Source: Chiloscyllium plagiosum
Lineage: Eukaryota
Assembly: GCF_004010195.1 (NCBI RefSeq)
Contig: NC_057749.1
Location: 20,087,663 to 20,151,662 of the forward strand
DNA: 64,000 nucleotides
Direction of reading: 5' to 3'
Below, in pieces: positions 1-12,397 of the stretch. A program made the position numbers and the translations under genes. Each line of letters begins with the position of its first letter. Positions within the stretch are counted from its first letter, which is position 1. The notes below the pieces were generated by a model, which was not told where the DNA came from, made no database searches, and saw nothing but the letters and a program-made list of their open reading frames with translations.

Positions 1-656
1 ACTGGGGCTCGCCTGTGAGGGATTTTGCAGAGACCGTGTTTGAGGAGGAACGTGTACCTACGGGGTGCCTGTGATTTGTGTCACAGAGACGTAGGACACA
101 GGAATCCAAAGACCGGGGTGCCTGCAAAGGAACCTGGGCGATCACGGGACTGAAGGTCCGGGAATTGGCTACATTGTGATAGATTATCACGGGAAAAATA
201 CGAAGTCCTCGGAAATGGGAAATAAGGGATCTAAGGTGATTAAGGGAAAGGTAGGCTTAAACAGGGACAATGACACATACCCCGGGGTACCTGACGATAG
301 TCCGTTAGGGAGAATGCTAAATAATTGGGATCAGGGTGGAAGAAAGGGAAAATCTAAAAGGAAGATGTGAACCTCATTGCTCGTTAGAGCCAGGGAAGGG
401 AGGGTCTGGAGACGTTTGTTGCAGACTTTGTGATAAGGGTGCAAATTGAAGAATAATGATGTTTTTAAGAATGTGAACCTTATGGCTTGTTAGAGCCAAG
501 GAGGGGAGGGACTTGTACTGTATATAATGGGAGACTTTGTAAGCCTCAGCGCGCTTTTTCTCAGAAGAGTGCCCAACTCTGCAGACTTGCTAATAAAACT
601 TTGTTTTCCTGAATTTGTCTAGAGCGATTATTGAGAAGCGATTTTCGTTTCTAACA
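1..656 (+). mobile_element. Deleted ERV (class I-like): leader, gag N-terminus and LTR-like 3' end
   Basis: ATG at 215 starts MGNKGSK...PDDSPLGRMLNNW...KSKRKM, a myristoylation start plus the DSPLG.ML..W motif of gamma-like Gag matrix. It runs straight into an LTR-like segment with a duplicated TGTGAACCT...GTTAGAGCCA block (366, 472), TATATAA (521), AATAAA (~592) and a terminal CA at 656. Confidence 0.7.
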
Positions 657-1776
657 GGCACTGTCATTGCTATTATACGTGGCACAGGTCTGGCCTATTC
701 CCAGAACCTGTGCCGCTGCAGTCACCCGGGCCATCTTCCAGTTTATATGGAGGTCAAAGATGGACCGGGTCCGAACGGACTCGCTGTATAAAGATCTGGG
801 CAACGGGGGAAAAAATACACCTAATGCCACCCTCACCCTGATGGCCACCTTTGTGTGTGGCTGCATCAAGCTGTGCGTGGATCCCCGGTACGCAAACACC
901 AAGTGTCACTACGTACTGAGGTTCTACCTGTCCCCGGTGTTGCGAAGGATGGGCCTGGCCTCGCTGCCGCGGAACGCTCCAAGTAGTTGGACCGTTCCGT
1001 ATCACCTGTCCTTCATGGAGAAGGTTATGAAGAAAAACACCTTTGACCACAAGTCCATCAGGAGGTGGTCAGCACATAGTGTCCTTGAGACCCTTCGGGA
1101 AAAGGAGAGGTCGGATCCTATCGAGAGGTTCCCTGAGCAGACTGTCAAAGCCATTTGGCAGAATGCCTCATCACCAGAACTTTCCAACAAGCACTAAGAC
1201 ATGGTTTGGCTGGTGGTGAGAAGGGCTCCGACTGTGAGATCCTTTATGCACGCCCGGACTCTCAGCCGCACCGCACGCTGCCCTCGAAGCAGCTGCGGGG
1301 GGGAACGAGACTGTCACACACCTCCTTCTGGAATGTGCCTAACGGCCTGTTCCCCGGGACGCACACCGAGACGAACATCAACTGTGCCTGGAGGATCATC
1401 AACTCGGTGAAGGACGCTCTCTGGGTGGTCCGAAACCTGTTGATCTTCCAGCTGAAGGAGTTGACCCCGACTGAGTGTTGCAGACTGGCACATTCCAAGG
1501 TCCAGGACTACGTGTAGAGGGATGCGCTGAAGCTTGGGGCAGCTGCCACCAAGGCACGGTGGTGAAAGACCACCTTGTAACATCTGCCTGCCTAAAGAAG
1601 AACAGGGGGCCCGTGCAGTCATTTGGGCTCTGCTGATGTCTCAGCTAAAATTGTAATCGTACAGACTCTGTTTTCGGTATGCAAACAAATGGAATGTTTA
1701 CATATGTATGGCATGTCCAATTGTGCAGATCATCAAAGTATTTTATGAATAAAGTATATTTTTGAAATTAAAAAAA
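657..1776 (+). mobile_element. Tx1/L1-clade LINE, 3' part of ORF2 and tail
   Basis: ORF 667-1197 and following frames give LLYVAQVWP..IFQFIW..YKDLGNGG, a CPRSSCGG..H Cys/His knuckle and KDALWVVRN. There are stops and frameshifts. It ends AATAAAGTATATTTTTG followed by an A-tail at 1770-1776. Confidence 0.8.
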
Positions 1777-1848
1777 GGTTGGCACCAGGCAATGCGCTGG
1801 ACAGCTTAGTCCTGGGGTCCTCATTACTGCCGTTCCCAGCAGTACTCG

Positions 1849-1859
1849 CTCTCTTCTCT
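1849..1859 (+). promoter_or_regulatory. RPS17: 5'TOP/TCT pyrimidine tract, probable RPS17 transcription start
   Basis: CTCTCTTCTCT lies 16-26 nt upstream of the ATG, as is typical of ribosomal protein genes. Confidence 0.8.
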
Positions 1860-1874
1860 GGTTCGCAATCCAAG

Positions 1875-1877
1875 ATG
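1875..1877 (+). CDS. RPS17: 40S ribosomal protein S17, coding exon 1 (ATG only)
   Basis: CAAG ATG|GTGGGT; the ATG splices in frame to exon 2. Confidence 0.9.
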
Positions 1878-2973
1878 GTGGGTCTGTCAGAATTGGCCAG
1901 GATTAACAATCTGTTTCCATCCGCCCTTAAAACGGCACTAAATCCGTCAGCGGCTGGTCGGGTGCATCGTAAACTTGCCCGGCCACATTTAGCCGCCGAT
2001 ATTAGAGGGAGGCGAGCGGCCGATGGAGCGGAGGGCGGGTTTGGAGGGAAGCTGTGACTCTCCGCAGCCGAGTTGATGGTGGCGTTTGTCCCGGGGCTGA
2101 TTAAGGAGGGTTCAAGGGAAAAGGGGGCTCGAATTGAGGGGCCTTTTAGCCAGGCCTTGGGGGTGGTGGGTGGGAGGAGAGAGAATGAAGCAGTGAGTCA
2201 GGCCTTGGGCTTTCTCCGAGTATTTTCAGGCTCTCAGTCGGTGTTCCTAGTGGCTGCCGGCGCAGGTTGGCAGCAACTTTCCCCCTTTGAGATATATTCC
2301 AGGAGAATCTGGAATGCTCTTTGAGGCCGAGATATAATCGAGCTTAGGCTGGAGTAACTGGGGTAGGGAAGCAACAAGGTTACGATTAATTGGCAAAAGA
2401 ACCAGAGTGTTAAATATTATTCATAATAATATCGAGTTGATGTAGTTCGCAGTGTGCTTCCTGAAAGGGCAAGGAAAGCAGATTGAATGGCAGTTTTGCA
2501 AGGGGATACTTGAAATAGAACTCGTTACAGGTCAATGATTGTTTAAATAAGTTCTTTTGAAACCCTGACAGTATTATGAAGTGGTTTAACCAAGCAGTGG
2601 TTAGTGATCTCCATTTAGCAGCAGCATTGTGTCTATGGTACTCTTAATGTATTCAAAGGACATTCACTAGAGATGATGGAAGGCTGGGTCTGTTGTCTGA
2701 CTTCTGTAAGAAAAGCAATAAAAGGGCTCTTGTTTTTCAGCTACAGTTGCTGTATAGATTGTTAGTCTTAGGGAAATGGGAACATGCTGGTCCGAAAGCC
2801 AGTGTTGTCTTTTATGAACATACCTGGAATGTAAAAATACAGCTGTGGCCCAGACTATGAGGCAAGAGTGATTTGTTTATCAGTTCTTATTCCACAAATC
2901 ATTGTGGATGTCTGCCCTTTTATTGCTGTTGGATTATGAAAGTTGTGGAACAAGGATGGTTTTCTTAAAATGA

Positions 2974-3147
<174 letters not shown>

Positions 3148-3737
3148 TAGGTATCTTTGTGTTCCTCTTTACCTTTGCTGGATCTAATTGAGGTAGAAAG
3201 CAGCTTCATGTTCCTGTTATACTGGATCAATTATGCCAAATTGGTTGCAATCGACCTGCAAATAGTAAGAAAGAATGCTGGGAAAATGCTTCACCTGTGC
3301 GCCATGCCTTGTGAGGAAGGCAGAGGTGAGCACAAAGGGATTGATCACAGTCCTGTTCTGGTTATTACCACCGCTTGACAGAAGAGTTAGGTGTTGTGGC
3401 CAATTGCAGATCTTCCTGTTGTCCAATCTTTCTTGAACATTGGCTCAGGCAATCACGCAGTCCAGAGCAAGGCCCACTTGGACCATTGTGGCTCTGCATA
3501 TCAGATTAGTTCCATTATTTATTTTTCTCCTTGATATATGTAGATCCTGCTCCAAATATACACACTGCATCCAAGACTCTCAGCAAAGTCATCTCATCTG
3601 TCTGCATTAATAAAAACCAACCCAGTAGCTCCCTCAGTGCTCTTGCTGTGTTCCTTTATGGTTGTTGAAATAGAATTCCCATCTAAATGAGGAAAGGGTT
3701 TGTTTGCACTATGATGTGGTTTCAGTTGGGCTTGGAT

Positions 3738-4678
3738 AGTGAAAAAGGCATTTGATAGGCTTTCCTTTATTGGTCAGAGCATTTGAGTATTGGAGTTGGG
3801 AGGTCATGTTGCGGCTGTACAGGACGTTGGTACGGCCACTTTTGGAATATTGCGTGCAATTCCAGTCTCCTCATTGGAAAGATGTTGTGAAACTTGAAAG
3901 GGTTCAGAAAAGATTCACAAGGATGTTGCCAGGGTTGGAGGATTTGAGCTATAGGGAGACACTGATTAGCTGGTGCTTTTCCTCTCTGAGGCTGAGGGGT
4001 GACCTTTATAGAGGTTTATAAAATCATGAGGGGCATAGATAGGGTAAATAGACAAGGTCTTTTCCCTGGGGTGGGGGGAGTCCAGTACTAGAGGGCATAG
4101 GTACAGGGTGAGAGGGGAAAGATATAAAAGGGACTTAAGGGACAACTTTTTCATGCAGAAGATGGTGCATGTACGGAATGAGGTGCCAGAAGAAGTGGTG
4201 GAGGCTGGTACAAATACAGCATTTAAAAGATTTTTGGATGGGTCTATGAATAGGGGCGGAATGGTGGCTCAGTGGTTAGCACTGCTGCCTCACAGCGCCA
4301 GACACCCTGGTTCAATTCCCCGCCGCGGGCAGCTGTCTGTGTAGAGTTTGCACATTCTCCCCGTGTCTGCATGGGTTTCCTCCGGGTGTTCCAGTTTCCT
4401 CCCACAGCCCAAAGATGTGCAGGTTAGGTGAATTGGTCATGCTAAATTGCCCATAGTGTAAGGTGGATTAGTCAAGGATAAATATAGGGGGGTGGGTTTC
4501 TCTTCGGAGGGTCAGTGGGGACGTGTTGGACCGAAGGGCCAATATCTAATATCGAAGGGTTTGGAGGGATACGGGCCAAGTGCTGGCATTTGGGACTAGA
4601 TTAGGTTAGGATATCTGGTCAGCGTGGATGAATTGGACTGAAGGGTTTGTTTCCGTGCTGTACATCTTAGTGAATCTG
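3738..4678 (+). mobile_element. CR1 LINE 3' fragment interrupted by a SINE
   Basis: LYRTLVRPLLEYCVQF..RVQKRFTRM CR1 ORF2 C-terminus and 3' UTR; located in RPS17 intron 2. Confidence 0.85.
4253..4553 (+). mobile_element. tRNA-derived SINE (HE1-like)
   Basis: A-box TGGCTCAGTGGTTAGCA, B-box GGTTCAATTCC, V-domain-like GAGTTTGCACATTCTCCCCGTG, CR1-like tail. Confidence 0.85.
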
Positions 4679-4906
4679 AATGTCCTTCTGTGTTTGTTCC
4701 GATCTCCATTTAAGGGTGAAGATGGTTATACTAGTTGAACAGCAGCGGAATGAGATGATACTGCTTCTCCTGCAGCATTCATTTTGATTTGAAGGACTAG
4801 AGGACCTTACATTGTTCATACAAATGATGACCTGAAGAACTACCTGGAGGGTGTTGGTAGTGGGAAATGAAACTTGATAGCCTGAAATTTAAAATGTTCT
4901 TCAGAC

Positions 4907-7900
4907 TGGATTACTCCCAGTGCTATGAGCTAGTGAGGGCAGGAATAGGAGGATAGAGTAGATGAATGCATGGCTGAGGAGCTGGTGAATGGGTGAAGGA
5001 TTCATATTTTTGCATCATTGGAATCTCTTTTAGGGTAGAATTGACCTGTACAAGAAGGACGGATTCCACCTAAGTTGGAAGGGGACTAATATACTGGCAG
5101 GGAAATTTGCTTGAACTGCTCAGGAGGATTTAAGCTAGTAAGGTGGGTGGGGGTGGGACCCAGGGAGATGGTGAGGAAAGAGATCAATCTGAGACTGGTA
5201 CAGTTGAGAACAGAAGTGAGTCAAACAGTCAGGGCAGGCAGGGACAAGGTAGGTCTAATAAATTAAACTGCATTTATTTCAATGCAAGGGGCCTAACAGG
5301 GAAGGCAGATGAACTCAGGGCATGGTTAGGAACATGGGACTGGGATATCATAGCAACTACAGAAACNNNNNNNNNNNNNNNNNNNNNNNNNNNNNNNNNN
5401 NNNNNNNNNNNNNNNNNNNNNNNNNNNNNNNNNNNNNNNNNNNNNNNNNNNNNNNNNNNNNNNNNNNNNNNNNNNNNNNNNNNNNNNNNNNNNNNNNNNN
5501 NNNNNNNNNNNNNNNNNNNNNNNNNNNNNNNNNNNNNNNNNNNNNNNNNNNNNNNNNNNNNNNNNNNNNNNNNNNNNNNNNNNNNNNNNNNNNNNNNNNN
5601 NNNNNNNNNNNNNNNNNNNNNNNNNNNNNNNNNNNNNNNNNNNNNNNNNNNNNNNNNNNNNNNNNNNNNNNNNNNNNNNNNNNNNNNNNNNNNNNNNNNN
5701 NNNNNNNNNNNNNNNNNNNNNNNNNNNNNNNNNNNNNNNNNNNNNNNNNNNNNNNNNNNNNNNNNNNNNNNNNNNNNNNNNNNNNNNNNNNNNNNNNNNN
5801 NNNNNNNNNNNNNNNNNNNNNNNNNNNNNNNNNNNNNNNNNNNNNNNNNNNNNNNNNNNNNNNNNNNNNNNNNNNNNNNNNNNNNNNNNNNNNNNNNNNN
5901 NNNNNNNNNNNNNNNNNNNNNNNNNNNNNNNNNNNNNNNNNNNNNNNNNNNNNNNNNNNNNNNNNNNNNNNNNNNNNNNNNNNNNNNNNNNNNNNNNNNN
6001 NNNNNNNNNNNNNNNNNNNNNNNNNNNNNNNNNNNNNNNNNNNNNNNNNNNNNNNNNNNNNNNNNNNNNNNNNNNNNNNNNNNNNNNNNNNNNNNNNNNN
6101 NNNNNNNNNNNNNNNNNNNNNNNNNNNNNNNNNNNNNNNNNNNNNNNNNNNNNNNNNNNNNNNNNNNNNNNNNNNNNNNNNNNNNNNNNNNNNNNNNNNN
6201 NNNNNNNNNNNNNNNNNNNNNNNNNNNNNNNNNNNNNNNNNNNNNNNNNNNNNNNNNNNNNNNNNNNNNNNNNNNNNNNNNNNNNNNNNNNNNNNNNNNN
6301 NNNNNNNNNNNNNNNNNNNNNNNNAATCAGGAGGGCAAAAAGGGGACATGAGATAGCTTTGGCAAATAGAATTAAAGAGAATCCAAAGGGTTTTTCCAAA
6401 TATATTAAGGACAAAAGGGTAACTAGGGAGACAATAGGGCCCCTCAAAGATCAGCAAGGCAGCCTTTGTGTGGAGCCACAGAAAATGGGGGAGATACTAA
6501 ATGAATATTTTGCATCAGTATTTACTGTGGAAAAGGACATGGGAGATATAGACTGTAGGGAAATAGATCGTGAAATCTTGCAAAATGTCCATATTACCGA
6601 GGAGGACGTGCTGGATGTCTTGAAACGGGTAAAGGTGGATAAATCCACAGGACCTGATCAGGTGTACCCGAGAACTCTGTGGAAATCTAGAGAAGTGATT
6701 GCTGGGCCTCTTGTGTCATCGATTGTCACAGGTTAGGTGCCGGAAGACTGGAAGTTGGCTAATGTGGTGCCACTGTTTAAGGGTGGTAAAGACAAGCCAG
6801 GGAACTATAGACCGGTGAGCCTGACGTCGGTGGTGGGCAAGTTGTTGGAGGGAATCCTGAGGGACAGGATATACATGTATTTGGAAAGGCAAGGACTGAT
6901 TAGGGATAGTCAACATGGCTTTGTGCGTGGGAAATCATGTCTCTCAAACTTGATTGAGTTGTTTGAAGAAGTAACAAAGAGGATTGATGAGTGCAGAGCA
7001 GTAGATGTGATCTGTGTTTGACAAGGTTCCTCAAAAAACACAGAGGATTGATGAGGGCAGTGCAGTAGATGTGATCTATATGGACTTCAGTAAGGCATTC
7101 GACAAGGTTCTCCATGGGAGACTGATTAGCAAGGTTAGATCTCATGGAATACAGGGAGAACTAGCCACTTGGATACAAAACTGGCTCAAAGGTAGAAGAT
7201 AAAGGGTGGTGATGGAGTTTTTCAGACTGGAGGCCTGTGACCAGTGGAGTGCCACAAGGATCGGTGCTGGGTCCTCTACTTTTTGTCACTTGCATAAATG
7301 ATTTGGACATGATCATAAGAGGTACAGTTAGTAAGTTTGCAGATGACACCAAAATTGGAGGTNNNNNNNNNNNNNNNNNNNNNNNNNNNNNNNNNNNNNN
7401 NNNNNNNNNNNNNNNNNNNNNNNNNNNNNNNNNNNNNNNNNNNNNNNNNNNNNNNNNNNNNNNNNNNNNNNNNNNNNNNNNNNNNNNNNNNNNNNNNNNN
7501 NNNNNNNNNNNNNNNNNNNNNNNNNNNNNNNNNNNNNNNNNNNNNNNNNNNNNNNNNNNNNNNNNNNNNNNNNNNNNNNNNNNNNNNNNNNNNNNNNNNN
7601 NNNNNNNNNNNNNNNNNNNNNNNNNNNNNNNNNNNNNNNNNNNNNNNNNNNNNNNNNNNNNNNNNNNNNNNNNNNNNNNNNNNNNNNNNNNNNNNNNNNN
7701 NNNNNNNNNNNNNNNNNNNNNNNNNNNNNNNNNNNNNNNNNNNNNNNNNNNNNNNNNNNNNNNNNNNNNNNNNNNNNNNNNNNNNNNNNNNNNNNNNNNN
7801 NNNNNNNNNNNNNNNNNNNNNNNNNNNNNNNNNNNNNNNNNNNNNNNNNNNNNNNNNNNNNNNNNNNNNNNNNNNNNNNNNNNNNGTTGGCAGGTGGGAC

Positions 7901-7984
7901 TAGATTGGGTTGGGATATCTGGTCGGCATGGACGGGTTGGACCGAAGGGTCTGTTTCCATGCTGTACATCTCTATGACTCTATG
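4907..7984 (+). mobile_element. Near full-length CR1 LINE (disrupted; two N gaps)
   Basis: ORF1 esterase-like remnant, endonuclease start CIYFNARGLTGKADEL, RT motifs [28 protein letters not shown] and FADDTK, and a (TCTATGAC)n tail. Contains stops and a small internal duplication at ~6978-7090. Confidence 0.9.
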
Positions 7985-8134
7985 TCCAGTTTGAGTGTCA
8001 CCTGAAAGAGGAATATACTTGTCAGCTCAAATATGACTTTTAGAGCTGGAGTCTTCAGTTGGGAAGTCTACAAACTGGAAGCTGGTGATTAATTGCTTAG
8101 TGATTTGGTAGATAGTGATTAAAATGTACAGTAA

Positions 8135-8356
<222 letters not shown>

Positions 8357-9384
8357 TAAATTGCAAGATTAGGAAGCTTGAAGTATTCAACTAAAGTACT
8401 AAATTTGGCTGTAAATTACCAGTGTTCAAGGTTCTGTTTGAAATAATGTGAACCACTCTGTCTCTGAAGTCTGATTATAATTTGGATTTGAACTTAGGGC
8501 CTTCTGTCCCATTTGATTTCAATTTTCCAATAATTGCCATGACATTTGTAGGATGTGAGTTGTAGTGTGGAGAATAAATAGGGTCTGCATTCCTGCCATC
8601 TGAGATCTTGAGTGTTGCGCTGCATAATATTATTCTGTTACTTAGCCCCGTTTGTGCTGTTGTTCAATTCTGTAGCATCATTCCACTGTCTTCCTAATAT
8701 ATTTTGATGTTGTCGCGTAGATACCAATTGTTTGGAGTGCTGGCACTCACCCAGTGTTCAGATTGTTTGTTGGTTGTTCTTGATATCTGGGTTGGGGGTT
8801 CATTTTCAAAGGAAAGGTTACATAGTCTTGGGCCTGTATCCATTAGAATTATAAGAATGAGACAGGATCTTAAATATCTCAATAAGACTGAATAGGATGA
8901 ATGCTGAGGGATGGTTCCCCTTGTGAAATAGACCAGAATATGGGACACTGTTTTAAAAAGGGAGTCTTGCCTTTTTTAAAAAAAAGGAATGGGAGTATGC
9001 CATTCAGCCCTTTCCGTTTGCCTTTCAGTCTGATCATGGCTGATTTAAAAAAAAGTCTGTTTATTTCTACTCTTTTTGTTACTGTTTCCTTTTTGCTAAC
9101 CAGTTGGCGTTTGCCTGAAACATCGATTTTCCTGCTGCTCGGATGCTGCCTGACCTGCTGCGCTGTTCCAGCAACACATTTTCAGCTCTGCCTTCACCCT
9201 ATCCAGTCTTATTAAGATATTTAAGATCCTGTCTCATTCTTATAACTCTAATGGATACCGGCTCAGACTATGCAACCTTTCCTTTTAAAATGAACCCCCA
9301 ACCCAGATATTGAGAAGAACCAACAAACAATCTGAAAATGGGTGAGTGCCGGTACTCCGAACAATTAGTATCTACTAGACAACA

Positions 9385-10460
9385 CCATTTCCCTACTAAT
9401 ACTGATTTCCTCCAGTTCCTCTCACTATGCCCTTTTTGCAACACCATTTTTGGGATGTTATTTATGTCCTTTTGAAGATAGAAGCAAAATATGTATTTTA
9501 TTGGCCTGGCAATGTACCCTACTATAACTTCCACTGTTTTTGATTGTATGGAACCTACATTTGTCTTTGCTAATCTTTCTCTTCACATAACTATAAAGGC
9601 TTTTACAATCAGTTTGTACGTTCCTCGCAAGCTTACACTCATACTCTTATTTTCCCACTCTGTTCTGTTTTGCTAAAATCTAAATTGCTCTCAATCTTCA
9701 AGTCTGCTGCTTTTTTTTGATCAATGTGTATCCCTTCCTCGAATCTAATCCTGTTCTTAATTTCCCTTGTTAGCCATGGCCGGGCCACCTTTCCCATTTT
9801 ATCTTTGTGCCAGACAGGACTCGGCATTTGTTGCAGTTTCTCCATGTACTCTTTAAATGCTTGCCATTGCCCTTTTAAATAATGTTCCCCAGTTTATCAT
9901 AGCCAGCTCATGTCTCATACCATTGTAGTTTTCTTTTGTTAGATTAAGGACCCTTGTTTCAGAAGCCGATTTGTCACTCTTCATCTTAATGAAGAATTCT
10001 GTCATGTGGCCAGTTTTCCCCAAGGGGCCTTGCACAGCTAGGTTGCCACTTACTCTTTTCTCATTACACAATGCCCAACCAAGGATGGTCTGTACTCTTG
10101 GTCCTTAATTTATTGATCCAGAAACTATCGCATAAGCACTCCAGGAATTCCTTCTGTCTGATATTGTAACTGATTTGACTTGCCAATCTATATGTGGACT
10201 AATGTTACCCATAATTACAGCTGTTTGTTGGTCCCTTTGTTGCTTGCTTCTCTAATTGTTTGTTTAGTGCCTTCCCTAATGTTAGGGTTGATACACAACC
10301 CCCATTCTCATTTTCTGTTCCTTTGTGTTTCTAAGCTCTACCCATACAGATTCACTTCACTAGAGCTAATGTACTTCCTCGCTGTTGCATTATGATCCTG
10401 TTCAACCAGCAAGGCTACCTCAACTCCTTTTCCTTTTTGTCTGTCCTTCCTAAAAATTGA
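9385..10460 (-). mobile_element. Old CR1 fragment (endonuclease/linker region)
   Basis: Minus-strand peptides RVLNLTKENYNGMRHELAMINW and PWLTREIKNRIR are CR1 ORF2-like. Confidence 0.65.
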
Positions 10461-10464
10461 ATAG

Positions 10465-10805
10465 GCTGTGGCTTAGTATTATTACTAGACTATTTAATTT
10501 CAAAATCCAGCTAATATTCTGAGAGCCTGAGTTCGAATCCTACCATGGCAGATGGTGGAAATTGAATTCAATAAAAATCTGGAATTCAGAATCTAAAGCT
10601 GACCATGAAACAATTATCAATTGCCATTAAAAACCTATTTCATTCACTAATGTCCTTTTTAGGGAATGAATCTGCTGTTTCCACCTGGTCTGGCCTATAT
10701 GTGACTCCAGACCTACAGCAATGTGTGACTCAACTGCCCTCAGAGGCATCTAAGGATGGCAATAAGTGTTGGCCTAGCCAGCGACACCCATGTGAATGAG
10801 TGAAC
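10465..10805 (+). mobile_element. Second tRNA-derived SINE family; related pieces at ~16030-16800, 24525-24750(-), 25480-26005, 43790-44400(-), 52540-52745
   Basis: B-box GTTCGAATCC followed by CCATGGCAGATGGTGGAA; a shared tail resembling GGGCAATAAATGCTGGCC recurs across the window. Confidence 0.65.
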
Positions 10806-11839
10806 AAATTGATAGTAAAATATACCTCTGGATATTTAGTCCCCATCTATGGTCACCCTACAGCCACGTATCCATAATCCCAGTATATTATGCATCTGCG
10901 ACTAATTGACCCACTCTGTTGCTCCACGCATAAAAGCACAAGTTTGTGGAATAAAGTCCTTGTCTTTTTAAGCTGAATGTGCTGCTGTGGTTTGTATTTT
11001 TGTGGAAGTTTCCTTTAGTTAAACTACATCTGCAGTACTGTGTACAGCTTTGCTTTACTTGCTTAAGAAAGAATATAATAGCATTGAACTACTTCTAGAG
11101 AAGGTCCACTGAATTGGTTCCGGGACTGAAGAGGTTGTCTGATGAGGAAAGATTGAGCAGGTTGGCCCCTATACTCATTGAAGTTTAGAAGAATTTGAAT
11201 TCATCTTATTGAAAATTTGAAATCTGGAGGGGACCTAGCAGGATAGATGCTGAGAGGATGTTTCCCCTATAGGAGGAGTCAGGAATTAAGAGGCATAGTT
11301 TAAAACTGTGAGTCTCCCATTTAAGATTAGAGATGAACATGTTTCTGTCAAAACATGGTTGTCTGTGAAATTCTCTTCTACTAAAAGTAGTATAGTCAGT
11401 CATAGGTTAAACCGGCATGGACGGGTTGGACCGAAGTGTCTCTTTCCATGCTGTACATCTCTATGACTCTATGGTTCATGCTGACGATGATGCCCTCTCA
11501 GCTAGTTCCGATTGCCTGCATTTGGTCCATATCAGTTTAAACCCTTCCCATCGGTGTACCTATCAAAATGTTTTTTAAATGTTGCTATTGTATCTGCCTC
11601 AAACACTCTCTCTGGCAGTCCCTTCCACATATGCACCACTCTCTGCATGAAGAAGTTGCCCCTCAGGTCCTCCTTAAATCATTCCCCTCATTAAATATGA
11701 GAGATTTTTGATTAACAAAGCAAATTATAGTTATTGGGGGGGGGGGGGGGGGGGAGACAGGAAAGTAAAGTTGAAGAAAATGAACTATGATCTTTTTGAA
11801 AGGCAGAACAGGCTTGAGGACTGAATATCATCAATAGGG

Positions 11840-12045
11840 TCGTGCTGGAAAAGGTCAGCAGGTCAGGGAGCATCAGAGGAGCAGGAAATACGACATTTCG
11901 GGCAAAATCCCTTCATCAGGAATGGTGATGAAGGGCTTTTGCCTGAAACATCAGTTTTCCTGCTCCTCTGCTGCCTAACCTGCTGTGCTTTCCAGCACCA
12001 CACTCTTGACTCTAATCTCCAACATCTTCAGTACTCACTTTCACT
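11840..12045. mobile_element. Inverted-arm Penelope-derived mini-element with two head-to-head hammerhead motifs
   Basis: GTGCTGGAAA..TTTCGGGCAAAATCCCTTCATCAG, then its reverse complement TGATGAAGGGCTTTTGCCTGAAAC..TTTCCAGCAC; same end as the PLE at 30640-30765. Confidence 0.75.
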
Positions 12046-12397
12046 TTGAGGGGCTGAATGGCCTACTCTTATTTGTATTCCTTGATTCAGGACTATGCTG
12101 AGCTAGTGTTGGTTTGTTTGTAAAGCATGAGTGCTCTCCATAATAAATCATAGAACCCCTCTGTGGAAAGAGGCCATTCGCTGTCTAATCTGCAAGCACC
12201 ACACTCTTGACTCTAATCTCCAACATCTGCAGTACTCACTTTCGCTTTGAGGGGCTGAATGGCCTACTCTTATTTGTATTCCTTGATTCAGGCCTATGCT
12301 GAGCTAGTGTTGGTTTGTTTGTAAAGCATGAGTGCTCTCCATAATAAATCATAGAACCCCTATGTGGAAAGAGGCCATTCGGCTGTCTAATCTGCAA
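11995..12397 (+). repeat. Tandem duplication, ~201-bp unit x2
   Basis: GCACCACACTCTTGACTC...CTGTCTAATCTGCAA occurs at 11995 and 12196 with only a few differences. Confidence 0.9.

Noticed and set aside
1779..2324. ORFs over RPS17 exon 1 and intron 1
   Set aside because: GC-rich promoter/intron sequence with non-ATG starts and no recognisable protein.
4253..4330. tRNA-like A and B boxes here and at many other sites
   Set aside because: These are SINE heads followed by SINE bodies; there is no full cloverleaf.
4824..4904. C box ATGATGA plus a 9-bp inverted repeat CTGAAGAAC/GTTCTTCAG in intron 2
   Set aside because: No convincing terminal stem or guide, and it abuts a CR1 5' end; too weak to call.
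5143..7977. Long ORFs full of X (also 28960-30030 and 58993-60486)
   Set aside because: Artefacts of translating through N gaps.
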